Assembly: GCA_051362555.1 (NCBI GenBank)
Contig: CM120647.1
Location: forward strand, 992,001-1,056,000
Length of the DNA stretch: 64,000 bases
Direction: 5' to 3'
Source of the DNA: Lingula anatina
Taxonomy: Eukaryota > Animalia > Brachiopoda
Under the pieces are notes generated by a model. That model was not told where the DNA came from, did no database searches, and saw only the letters and a program-made list of their open reading frames with translations. Both the position numbers and the translations under genes were made by a program. Positions 33,506 through 45,321 of this stretch are shown here, piece after piece (within the stretch, counting starts at the first letter, position 1; the number at the start of each line of letters is the position of its first letter).

Positions 33506-36501
33506 GTTGCCTTAAAGTCTTACATATACTGCATATGTTTTCTGGTGCTATGTTTCTGTCCTGTGATCAAGTTACTAGCAAATTTCCACCAGCACTGTCT
33601 TTGTTCCATTTTGTGTATAAAGTGACAAAGCTATGAGTAAATATATATCTCATGTTGAAGTTTTGAGAAACAGCTTAAGTGTCAAACACTGAGGCAATTA
33701 CACCTTGGAAAGCAGCTACGGTGTTCAGGCCATGTCTCTCAGATGGAAGACGAGGATGTCTTAGGCAGGTTTTTTGGTAGTTATCTCACATATGTTGTGT
33801 TGACTGAGCATATATAAGTACTGTGTACTAGTACTTGAGTTGTGGTCTGAATGCTTTTATGGTTATTTTTTTTTTGTACTCAGGCCTACCCAACTACCAG
33901 ACTCGGCACATAAGGATCCTGAATTAACCGGTATACCGGACCACACTACCCGTTTTCAAGGTGTGTGTCAGATCGCATTTCGGAGTATCAGTCAGAACAC
34001 CAACAGGATGAGCCCACGGTCGTCCTACAAAATTTGTTCTGGGTATGATACTCCGAAATGTGATCTGACACACACCTTGAAAACGGGTAGTGTGGTCCAG
34101 TATACCGGTTAATTCAGGATCCTTATGTGCTGAGTCTGGTAGTTGGGTAGGCCTGGTACTGTGATACAGTTGTTAGAATACATGTATTACTTTGTGCCAA
34201 CCTTGTCTGGATCTGGGGTGGATTGAGGCTGTCTTCTGGGTCTTCCAGAAGACAGTCAGATTTTCAAGTTTACATTACAATTTTTCTGCTGGAATACGGT
34301 TAAAATGAGAGAACAGATCAACAAAGACAATTTGGAAGACTGTGAGAAAATAGCTCTCGATCCCCCCTGTGGATGATTTTTGGCATAAAGATATGATCTA
34401 TACTTGTAGAAACATATTTTGATCTGTGAATATTTTGAGTTGTGTGACTGTTTGTTCTGTTGTATTCTACCTCAAAGCCTGGAATGACTGCTGGGAGCAA
34501 GGATCAAAGGCTAAGATGGCCGCCGACGCACCACGACAGTAGAAAGAGCTGAGACCAGAAAACCTCTCTTCTCCCGCAGTGTCCTGGAGACGCAATAATA
34601 TCAGAGGTCAAAGGTCACAGAGGTCACAGGTCACAGAGGTCACAGAGGTCAGGTGATGTGAAATAGAAAGTTTGTTAGATTTCAGAAGAGGTTTTACTGT
34701 AGACAAATGAAACCCTGATGATATACACTTACTACAGCTTAGGGTAATAACATCTACATAATATGATTTTAATAAGAACTTTTGAATGTTTCATATTTCA
34801 CAACATTACATGAATTTAACAGATATATATTTAAAAACTATTTTCAATAAAAAAATTAAAAAGTCATCTCTGCATATAACAGTTCTGTAAATGTCTGGCA
34901 TTTCAATTCTAAAATAAATTTTCCATAGGAACATTTTTTATTATAAAAACCAAAAAGAACTATAGCTGGTTTGTAGCCTATGAAAGTGAAGCTCCACAAG
35001 TTGTACAGAATTATTTTGTGCAAAAAAGGGTCAATTACCCATAATGCAACATTATAGTTTCCCCATTGTTTCAAATAAAACGATGCACCTAGAGTCTGAA
35101 AAATAAACAGATATTTGCAAGGAACAAATTTAGGTTAAAAATACAGATTATTTTTATAATCGGATAACTTTAAAAGTTGGCTGATGATATACATACTTAT
35201 AAATGCTACAGAGGTGCAGAAGTGAAAGTGAAAGCTGATTATGAATTTAAAATAGCTCACTGCACCAAATGCTATGTCAATGATCTATGACACATCAGTT
35301 TTAATATTATGAAAATTATGGAAACAAGATACATTATAATAAACAAAACGTTGACAAGTGTATGTGTGTGTATGAACACTGTCCTTACTGTAGATGTATC
35401 AGGATCAAATGTTCCTTCAATGTACCGTCGTATAAGACATGTCTTCCCGATACTCGCCTCCCCGACGATTACCACCTTCAGGTCACTAAAACAGGTCAAA
35501 CAACAAATTATAATCTTTATGGAGATATGGCATACCCCGAGGGTAGAAATTATACATATATATACTAGTATAAGTATTATTTAAATCACAAATCAAAGGA
35601 AGCCTGGTCATTTTGGCCCTGTTACACACTATTACTTGTCGCTCTCGCCTCCCTGGGGAGGATACAGTCCGGCTGCCGTATTAGGCGCCCACAGCTACTA
35701 AATGTACCATTTCTCCACTGCCAGACCAGTCCCCTACTTCAACCCCTATATTTATAGATAGAAATATTCAGGTGGAAAACTAATGATATTTCTTAATGTT
35801 TCTTATCTGGATGAACAGTTGACTTATATGTGCGTTTTGGGATATCTGTAGTAGGTATGATTACACTGGAGCTGGGCATGTCCATCTCACTACCCCTCAC
35901 TAGCCTCCCACACACGTGTGGTAGAAAGGAGCCAAGGAATAATTACTAAGAGGCGTGTGACAAGCGGGGAGGTTTAAGCAGTCTTTCTTTCATGTAGGGT
36001 CTGCCCTATTTGATCCTTGGGTCATTTGATACTTGGATTTTCTACTCTGAATGGCCTCAATAATAAACTCAACCACAACTGCACTTGTTCTGATATATGT
36101 AACAAATAATCAAAACATTTTTTATCTAAATAAATAGAGATGTATAGATATACCAGCATGGCATTTAGTAACACAAAGAGATACAGGTACTTGTAGCTAA
36201 TAAAGGGAGATAGGATTGAGAGATTAACTGTTATCATATCTGCGGTGTTCTGGATTATATTCAGTGTTTCAGTCAATAATTTTGATGGCCAGATACCGTT
36301 ATCTGATAGCGGTGCCTGCTTTGCCTGCAATCTGTGCATGTATAGATGTTAAATGGCAGAAGGCATGGGACTGTCACGAGGGGATCATCAAATACAGGAC
36401 ATTATTGCCCTGTGGAAGCACAGTCATCTTTTCTTTTTTTTTTTTCAACTGTAATTTTAATGTGTGGCCCTGTTACAACATTTAACGCTTAACTCAATGT
36501 A

Positions 36502-36543
<42 letters not shown>

Positions 36544-37108
36544 TAGCAGTTCATTAATTCATTTATTAATTAAGGAATTGTGTAAGTAAAAAATCAATTC
36601 AAAATTTAATTTAAATTTATCAATTCTTACGATAAATCATTCAACTTCTGGTGTTCCCTCGATTAACATGTTCATATTATGACTATACAAACATTTTAAA
36701 ACTCTTCATAATATTAACATGGTGTAAACTAATGCATCAGGTACTTTCAAACATATGAAATATTGGAGCGTTTGTTAAGAGTTCAGATTCAAAATTTGTA
36801 CGGGGGAGGGGGGTTGTACCAGCCGATGGGACTGGGGGGGGGGGGGGGGAGCATGGAGACAGGGTTGCCGTTTACGTGGAGGGGGGTAATTTTGAAGTCG
36901 AAACATAAAATCCAAGGCGAACATAAGTGATTCTTTGGGCTCATATAATTGAACAATCTGATTTATCTGGGGTTAAAATTCAATAAATAATCACAGCAAA
37001 CTGATTCATCGTCAGATGCGCTCACTGTCTCTGTCTCGGGACAGGATGTAAACAAACTGGAGTCGCCGCCCATACTTACGCTTTCTTCTTCTTTGCCGTA
37101 TTTGACAT
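33077..37108 (-). CDS. RAB20: Ras-related protein Rab-20, 215 aa
   Basis: Exons 37108-37080, 35485-35389, 35095-35039, 34583-34471 and 33428-33077 (648 nt): MSNTAKKKKADLKVVIVGEASIGKTCLIRRYIEGTF...TLGASFYLKQWGNYNVALWDTAGEERFSGLSSFYCRGASAAIL...KDCLHVVVATKADL...YFETSSLSG...KSCCKT. FYLKQW, YCRGA and KDCL are Rab20 signatures; C-terminal CC prenylation motif. Confidence 0.88.
33881..34155. mobile_element. Near-perfect foldback MITE, 275 bp, with 5-bp TSD
   Basis: About 110-bp arms caggcctacccaactaccagactc...gagtctggtagttgggtaggcctg; gtact on both sides. Confidence 0.9.
34213..34369 (-). mobile_element. hAT5-like MITE family E
   Basis: ctggggtggattgagg...gatcccccctg flanked by tggat on both sides. 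Confidence 0.7.
35590..35748 (-). mobile_element. SINE 3' half
   Basis: Homologous to 49655-49805 (aaggaagcctggtcatttt...ctccctggggag.atacag..cggctgcc.tattaggcgc). Confidence 0.8.
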
Positions 37109-37368
37109 AATGTGGAGACAGGTATATCAATTCCTATATTCCCTCTAGTCCTTTGACGTACTTTCCGGCCTGAAATAAAACTTTGAGCGCTACTAAAATC
37201 CCTGATCAGGTTTATTGTGCCGAATCCACCGCCCCACAATCCACCGCGTTGACCTAATTCCAGCACCGGAAGCACATGGCTTTGGAGGACGTCAACAAAC
37301 CACCCCAGAACTGGTCGTGTGATGAGAGTTATTATATTGTGGTGCTTTGATCAGGCTGTTTAGGCGAG
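37109..37368. promoter_or_regulatory. Compact bidirectional promoter RAB20/PDCD2L
   Basis: 260 bp between the ATGs; CpG-rich; ETS-like ttccgg (about 37163) and ccggaag (37266) in opposite orientations; CRE-like tgacgta. Confidence 0.6.
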
Positions 37369-40300
37369 ATGGAGACGGTGCTGCTAGGAGTTTGTGACGA
37401 GGAGGTAGGGGAGGATGATGTCACGGACTGGAAAACAAACAAGTTTGGTGGGAATCCTGTGAGTTCTTAAGAAAAAATACCCCTCTCTCTCTCTCTCTCT
37501 CTCTCAAGACTAAGTAAAGCCTTGAGCAGTGAAATATCTCTTTACCACTCAGAGAAACGTTTTTATCATGATCATATCATTATAAAAGATAAACTTATAA
37601 AACTTGATTTCACTCAGTTGTGTATTTATATATATATATAGTACTGTACCAATGATCGAATCCCTTTTATATATCGATCCCAGCTCTGTGCCAGCGCTTG
37701 TATTTTAATTTTAATTATAATTTTAATTATTATTAAAACATTGTCATATTTCAGGATTTCCCCAGCAATGTCGAGCCCCCAACCCCAGTGTGTGAGCTCT
37801 GTGGCAAGAGGCTCTTGTTGATAACCCAGCTCTACTGCCCTCTACAGGGCTCTCTGTACCACAGAACTGTGTACATATTTGGCTGTGTTACCAAGAAATG
37901 CTGGAACAGGTCTGAGAGGTACTGTATGTGTTTCTTTTTGGGGGAAATACCTGACCCGACAAGGGATCAAACCAAAGATGTTGTCCTGGCTAACTACTGC
38001 TGAGCAAGCTGTGTAGCTGTTGAGCTCAGGTCTATCCCGGCCAGTCACTAAACTACTGTAGTGCTCTCCCTAGATGACAAAAGAGGGAGTCCACTGCTTC
38101 TTACACTGCTACCACCACTGAATTATTATTATTTTTTTTTTTTTGGGGGGGGGGGAATACCTGACTTGACCAAGGTTCGGCCTGGGACAGTTCCTTACCT
38201 GCGAGTGCTCTACTAGTGAGCCCCTGGTCTGCACTGGCCAGTCACTGTACACTTAGTACTAATATACAAAGGGACCCCAACACTTAAGTTGTTGTGACAG
38301 CAGGATTGTGTGTAGTGTATCACATTTATATCATTGCTCATGAGCTACCAAACTCTCTTCAGTGGAACTTAGTTACGGTAGCAATAGTCTGAAGGTTCAA
38401 TAGTCTGAATGTTCATTGGTCCGAATGTTCACTGTAGAACCTTCAGACCAATGAACCCTTGGTTAAAAAATAGATAAAAATGATACCACTTTTCAGACAA
38501 ATGAACCTTCAGACCAGTGAATCTTCGGACTGTTGAGACGCCCCCGTTAGTGGGAGTGTGGGAGAAATTCTGATCATGCATTCATACTGTACATGTAATA
38601 AATAAGCGTAAAACCCAGAGCAATATGATAGTTGCACTTTATTTTATTTACATGCTCGCGTGTAATTTAATATGCTCCAGTATATTCAGAGAAACAAAGC
38701 GAAATACAAATGCAATCCTCCTATTATTTGAAGTGCCAGTTATGGTATACGTAAGTCAGTTACAACTACCAGTACACGTCTTCCACTGTATGTGACATAC
38801 AAATGGTCATTGTATCTCATCTGTGCTTGGCTGTGATTACACTCTCATGTGTGGCATACAGTATACAACTCATGTGGTTACGAGTTGTTACAGTAAGTAT
38901 ACCAAGCAGACAAACAACATTGATTCACCGTTGAATCAACGTTAATTTTGGTGGATCAACATTGAATCAACGTAGAATCAATGTTGTTTGCCTGCTGGGT
39001 AATTTCATTCAGTTATTGGTTATCTGTATGCTATTACTGAATAATCTATTACTATTCTTGTATGTTGCATACAGCTCATGTTGTAACTAGTATTGTAGGA
39101 ATTGGTTCCATTCTACTATAATAATACTGTTATTGGTTGCCTGTATGCTGTTGTTGTATAATGTGTTTGTCCTTTTTTCCAGCTGGAAAGTGCTCAGAGT
39201 TCAACAGTTAGACAATGGTGCAAGTGAACCACACCAGGCAAACACCACCAGTGATCAGGATGTTTCCAAGGAGACTGTTGTCATGGCTACCACAGATTGG
39301 TGTGATGATGCAGATGACTGGGGTGTTGCCAAGGTAACTGGTACCATGGCAACCACAGATTGGTGTGATGATGTAGATGACTGGGGCACATCCCATAATA
39401 CTTACACTGATAGTGTTGTATCTACCCCACCAAACATTGAAAAGGATTTGAATAAAAACACTCCCAACCTTAACACAGAGGCTGAATCAGATGAATTAGC
39501 TAGTAACATGAAAACTTTACATCTGCAGGCATCACCTTCAGAGTCCAACAGGTCATATGCGTCTGTTGCCAGGGCAACCAGCCCAGCAATGGTTGCTATG
39601 GAGACAGATCCAGCAGACTCTGTTGATAGTGGGGTGGACTCTGTCCAGTGTATTGCTGAAGAATTCCCTGCTGTTGACTGGGATAGCGTACTGTCTGTGC
39701 TTGCCACTGGGAACACCACTGGGAACACCACCCGGAACACCACTGGGAGAACCACAGGTCAAAGCACGGGTCAAATCACGAGTCAACTGACCTCAGGTCA
39801 ACTTACCTCAGGTCAAATGACCCTTACCCATGGAACTGCAACTGGTGTCGGGGGAGTGACCAAAGATACTGCTGACTCTTCACCACGAATCTGCTTCAAA
39901 CCATATTATGTTAATGTATTTGAGGAGAATGAGGTCAAGGTCAGTGCCAGTAACCTTGACAGTGACCTTGACCACATTCAGCAGCTCCTGAAGGCCTACA
40001 GCAGTCAGGAGGGGGTCAGCGTGGATGCCATGATGGACGACGGTGATGACTGGTGATTGATTGCTTTTATGAAAACAAATTCATTCTTCTGATATGTTTT
40101 ACATATTCTTTTATTATGGAGGGGAATGGATGCGATGGAATTCAGTGAGACTGCTGGGCTTAGTTGTTTTCAAGATAATTGGTGTTTTAAAGGAGAGGCA
40201 AAATTGTTAATTACTAGAAGCTAGGCACATGCATGCAGTACTGCTAGTACTGTAGATCCCTATAAGCAAAAAGCATAATAGTGTATATATAACAGTGTAT

Positions 40301-43240
40301 GAAATGGCCGCACCCCGAGGCTGGTAACTTTCACGCCGGGCGGGTAAGATTTACAAATTATTAAGGTTCTTTGCCTTTCAGAGTTACCTGCTCGGCGGTC
40401 TGGCTAGTAATTTCCTCTAATTTCATACACTGTATATAATATACAGAGGTATACTGTTATCAAAAGAAGATTAGATACAAGGTGATATGCTGGTTTTGTA
40501 CATCATTTCCTTATTAGTGATCAACTTCAAACATTGATTTTGCAGCTCAGCCAAGGTATCTGGTAGGAAGGTGAAGGTCACTGGTGGCAAGGTGAAGGTC
40601 ACAGAAAGTGGGGATGGGTATGAAAAGGTGGTGGCAAGACATGGAGATGTGATATTTGAAAAGTTCAAGAAGAGAATTTTTCTCTGTCCACAACAGTGTA
40701 TAAGGTATTTCATGAAATATTACCCAAGGTAGTAAGGTTGTTTGGCAGTAATAAATATACTATTTTCCCCCTTTGTTTTATTATTTTTATTATTTTTATT
40801 ATTATTATTATTATTGTAATTGTTATTACAGTTGATACTTTTATCTGATAAGATGAACCATCTTGAAACAAAATCTTGATATTTCTCTCAGTATTATTAT
40901 TTTTTTTATTTGAACTATAGCAAAGAGTAGCTACATTTTCTTTTGTCCATCTGATAAATTATGCTTTTATAGATGACCGTCTTTCTATTTTTTTTTTTTT
41001 TTTCATTTTTAAAACAATGTATATATGCTTGGTAACCCATTGTGTGATATTAAATTTTGTTATATTTAGGTACCAGTGGGCAGGGGAACCTCTCTACATC
41101 AGCCAGGCATGGGGCTCGTCTTGGAAGTGTCCTCCATGCCAGTCTTGTGGAAGCCCCCGCGTATTTGAATTGCAGCTGTTGCCAACTTTAGTCAATGTGC
41201 TTAGTATTGGAACAAATAAAGGTACCATTTTTTTTTAAGGAATGTAGCTGTAAGTTGAAAAATACTGTGAGTAAAAAAAAAATGTCTTACCTGTATTCTT
41301 ATACTTTTCTCAAAAGTCCAGTATAAAATTTACTTGAAAATTTTAATTAAATAGCCAATTTATCTAAAGCTTTTTAAATGGCAAATATTGATGATTGATG
41401 TCAGTTAATGACAATCAGACATTTTCAAAAGTTTCTTTCCTTTTACTCCGTTAATTGTAATGGCGGTAAGATGTGGAAGATTAAATCAACTCGGTTGTAA
41501 TGTAAAAAATTAGGTTTGAAGAATTGACATGTTCCAAACTTCCAGCATAAGAGCAATGTTTTAGCTGACGCACCTAACACAATGAAATATCCTCACGTGA
41601 AGAGAACGGGAACTGCGCTCGTTTTAGAAAAACGGCAATTTTTGTTTAACAGACATATATTGTTTTATTGTTTTGAGTTGGTTGCATATTTGCAAATTGA
41701 TTTGTTATTATTTTAGTCAGTTTCTAAGAATATGTAGTACCTTAAATGTGATCATGTTGACTTAGTGTTTTGTAGCCCTAGAGGAAGGAGGAGAGCGAGG
41801 GGGGGGGCATGGATCTGCTTATGCTGGACAGTCTTGCTTGGTTTTATTCAAAACTCTCATCCATATTGGGATTTACGGCCCTTCAGAAACTTAAAGGTGC
41901 ACTCTCACGAGATTTACCAGCCAAAAATGGATTTTCTCGGAAAAATACGCAATTTTCTCCTACTCAGCAACCATTTATTTATCCCTCTCTGCAATTAGCT
42001 CCGACCTTTTACAGTAAACTTTGTAAAGGTTGATTTGAACGTAAAATGACTGGCCAGTCATTATAACAGAAACCATTAACTTATAAGCTCCAATGGAAAT
42101 ATTAATTTTTAAGGTATATTTAAAGTCATAATAACTCTTCGTTTTGGCCAAAAATTGGATTTTCCTCGAGTAAACGGCAATTTTCCCGTACTTACCAATG
42201 GTCAACGACCCCATTCCTGCATTCAAAGTTAGTCCAGGGTTTTTTCCTAAACGTCAGCCCTCTCTGACATTGCATAGTCACGTGATATCGAGCGATATTT
42301 TCTGGTGATCTACTTAAAACCGCGGGAAAAGCAGACAACAACAACACTTTATATAATAAAGTAATATAAGATTCATAAGATATATTCGTCTTATTGCTCA
42401 AAATGCATTTTTATCTACAATGTGTGCAGTTCTTGGCTTTTCGTTTTCCGACGCACTGTACAAAAACTCGCAACTTACGTCTGAGGATTGCATCATGTAC
42501 CTCCTCTCATATGGCGCTTTATGTTATTTTGGTCTCGAATGAACTCATTGTTAAATTTTACGATCCTCGGGGTGGAACATGATGTAACCCAGGGGCAATG
42601 CTTTTGGCACTGTGACACCCTAACGTCAATGGCAACGGATGCCTTGACGACCGATAAGAAAGGAATCGAAAGCCCTATTGACAAGCACAGACTTAAGTTT
42701 TACTACAATGACAGCCGTTTTAGTGGTAAAATACAATATAGTATATTTTCATGCGTTGTTTACAATGTATATCTTGTGGAATTTTGAATCTCAAAGGAAG
42801 AGTTATTATTGCTTTAAGGTTTTATAAGAAGCGGTGGGTGGTTAAAATAAGCACTTTGGAGTCAGAGGAGAATTTCATCAGCTGTGTTAAGTTGTAAGAA
42901 TGATGTGATTTTTTTCTTCAGTGTACAGCTAATATTGAGATAGTTTTTACTTCCAATATTTCGATGTCTATCAGGTGAATAGCCTCTATTCAGGAGATAT
43001 GCTTGCAGTGTTCTTTGAAAGCAACTTAGATCTACCAGTATTCATAAATGCCAATCAAATTACCGTCTCTCCTGTAATACATCATTATTTTCATTTTTTT
43101 TTCATTCAGAGACCTCTGTAGAGTTCGGAACTGTGCTGGTTTTCACGTGCAAGAAAGCGTGTTGGAGTAACAACGACGTGGCGGTACAGGAAGCAGTACA
43201 TGTGCAAGCTGACCCCGATAGCGATTTGTTCAGACACTGA
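37369..43240 (+). CDS. PDCD2L: Programmed cell death protein 2-like (uS5 chaperone, TSR4 family), about 521 aa
   Basis: Exons 37369-37458, 37755-37918, 39183-40052, 40546-40704, 41070-41221 and 43110-43240 (1566 nt): METVLLG...NKFGGNPD...CELCG...QLYCPLQGSLYHRTVYIFGC...CWNRSESWKVLRVQ...DWCDDADDWG...YEKVVARHGD...CPQQCIRYQWAGEPL...CQSCGSPRVFELQLLP...VEFGTVLVFTCKKACW. No MYND finger. The exon 3/4 junction is ambiguous (40052/40546 or 40042/40551). Confidence 0.9.
38377..38545. mobile_element. MITE with internal (gtccgaaggttca)-like repeats
   Basis: Homologous to 60079-60259. Confidence 0.7.
38902..38999. mobile_element. Small MITE with TA flanks (EnSpm/CMC-like ends)
   Basis: ccaagcagacaaacaacattgattc / gaatcaatgttgtttgcctgctggg. 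Confidence 0.65.
40293..40432. mobile_element. MITE
   Basis: TIR cagtgtatgaaat / atttcatacactg in TA-rich flanks. Confidence 0.6.
42124..42813 (+). mobile_element. Kolobok-like non-autonomous element, 690 bp
   Basis: TTAA TSD; ends agtcataataactctt / aagagttattattgct; 5' part homologous to the 8117 copy. Confidence 0.8.
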
Positions 43241-43279
43241 CCGTGACACAGATAACAGCAGCGAATGCCTTTGGTCCCA

Positions 43280-43441
43280 ATCAGAATACGGGACCAACTA
43301 GTCCGAGGGTCAAATATGGTCGACCCACTTGAATACTTACCAATGGGATATCTATTCAGTGTCTGTTAGCGGATTAGACGGCAAGCTTTGTTGTGAGTCG
43401 CCGTATTTGACCCTTGGACTTGTTAGTCCCCTATTTTGAAT
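43280..43441. mobile_element. MITE family A in the PDCD2L 3'UTR, split by the Academ-like insertion
   Basis: caactagtccgagggtcaaatatgg...ggacttgttagtcccctattttgaat; its last bases ggggcc resume at 47247-47252. Confidence 0.75.
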
Positions 43442-44974
43442 TAGTCCAGGAAATTGGTGAAAAATTGTGCATTTTTTACCTACAAGCATGAAATTTGGCA
43501 CACTTATGGACAATAAAATTCTAAGCAAATTTGGATATATGGGCATGTCTGAAAATTCCAAAATGGCCGTCAAATCCAATATGGCCACCAAAATACCTTT
43601 TCAAATTAAAACTTCAAGTACATAGTCTTCTAATGACTTAAAATATCATATAAAGGTTAGAAAACACCATGGTATGAATCCTTCAGGTGTATTAAATCCA
43701 AAATGGCCGCCAAAAGTAAAAAAAGCAGACCATTTATTCAAGATATCCATTTGAATGGGGAATTCATCAAGCACTTAAAACTACAAGCATAAAATTTGGC
43801 AGGTTTGTGGAAAATGAAATTCTGAGCAAGTTTGGATGTATGGGCATATCCGAAAATTTAAAAATGGCCTTCAAATCCAAGATGGCCTCCAAAAATACGG
43901 CTTCTAATTAAAACTTCAAGTATATAGTCTTTTAAGGGTGTAAATATCATACCAAGGTTAAAAAACACTACGGTATGAATTCAGAATCAACATTTGCTTT
44001 TTTAGGTGTATTAAATCCAAAATGGCCGCCAATAGTAAAAAGCACTCTACTAATCCAAGATATCCAGCAGAGTGGTTAATTCATCAAAAACTACAAGCAT
44101 GGCATTTGGTACAGTTGTAAAACAGGATTCCAAGCACTTTTGGATGTATGAGCATGTCTAAAAATTTCAATATATGGCCCCCAAATCCAATATAGCCGAC
44201 ACAAATACCTGTTCAAATTAAAACTTCAAGTATATATAATCCTATAATAACTTAAGATAACATTTTATGGTTAGACAAGACTATGGTATGCATGAAGTAT
44301 CAATATTTGATTCTTTAAGTGTATAGAAATCCAAAATGGCCTCCAAAAATAAGAAAAACAGGCCACTCACAGAATGAAGCATCAAGCATGAAAATTGGCT
44401 CAATTGTACAGAACAGGATTCTAAGCAATTTGTTATATAGGGACATGTCTGAATATTCTAATATGGCCACTAAAACCCTTTTAAAGTAAAAAAAGACTAC
44501 TATATAATCTGACTGACAACAGTCTTTACTCTTTTTTGGTTTTTCGCTCCTTTAGTTACATTTAGACCCAAATGACCATAAAAAATGGAACAGGACTCCT
44601 TTTGGTCTAGTTGTGACACCACATGCAGCAATTCTATAAATGTCAAGGATATGAAAATGTCAAGGTATTTTCACAAATAAGTTTCAAATTAACGAAAGTT
44701 ATTTTATCAGGTAAGTGTTGCACATTTTATGGGCGGTCAACCTTTTACTTTAGTAAATGGACAATATCTCAACAGAGGATAACAGCTAGCTACACCGAAA
44801 TTTCTACTTATTTGGTTAAATAATTTTCATTCATTAATGTGTGCCTAGCTTTACTAGTAGTTGTGCTTCCCTCAGCCTTCCCAGTATTTCCTTAAAGCTA
44901 AAGCTTCTACATGTAATCCACTTTCCCCAACAAAATACCAAGAGGCATTGGTCGTTTTTAACACCAGAAAGCAT

Positions 44975-45321
44975 CAGTTTACATGCATGAGGGTCAATAG
45001 GAATATGAAAGTGTGGTAGGGCATAGTAGTAGATGTAGGTTACTAGCTATAGTGTGAACCCTTATAGGACCAGTCTTCCAATGCTTCTGACTCAGTTTAC
45101 ATGCATGACGGTCCATAGGAATATGAAAGTGTGGTAGGGCATAGTAGTAGATGTAGGTTACTAGCTATAGTGTGAACCCTTATAGGACCAGTCTTCCAAT
45201 GCTTCTGACTCAGTTTACATGCATGACGGTCCATAGGAAAATGAAAGTGTGGAAGGGCATATTAGTAGATGTAGGTTACTAGTGTGAACCCTTATAGCAC
45301 CAGTCTTCCAATGCTTCTGAC
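44975..45321 (+). repeat. 118-bp tandem repeat, 3 copies, inside the Academ-like element
   Basis: cagtttacatgcatga...ccagtcttccaatgcttctgact starting at 44975, 45093 and 45211. Confidence 0.9.

Noticed and set aside
37940-38250. Two tRNA-like or SINE-head fragments on the minus strand
   Set aside because: Too degenerate to define boundaries
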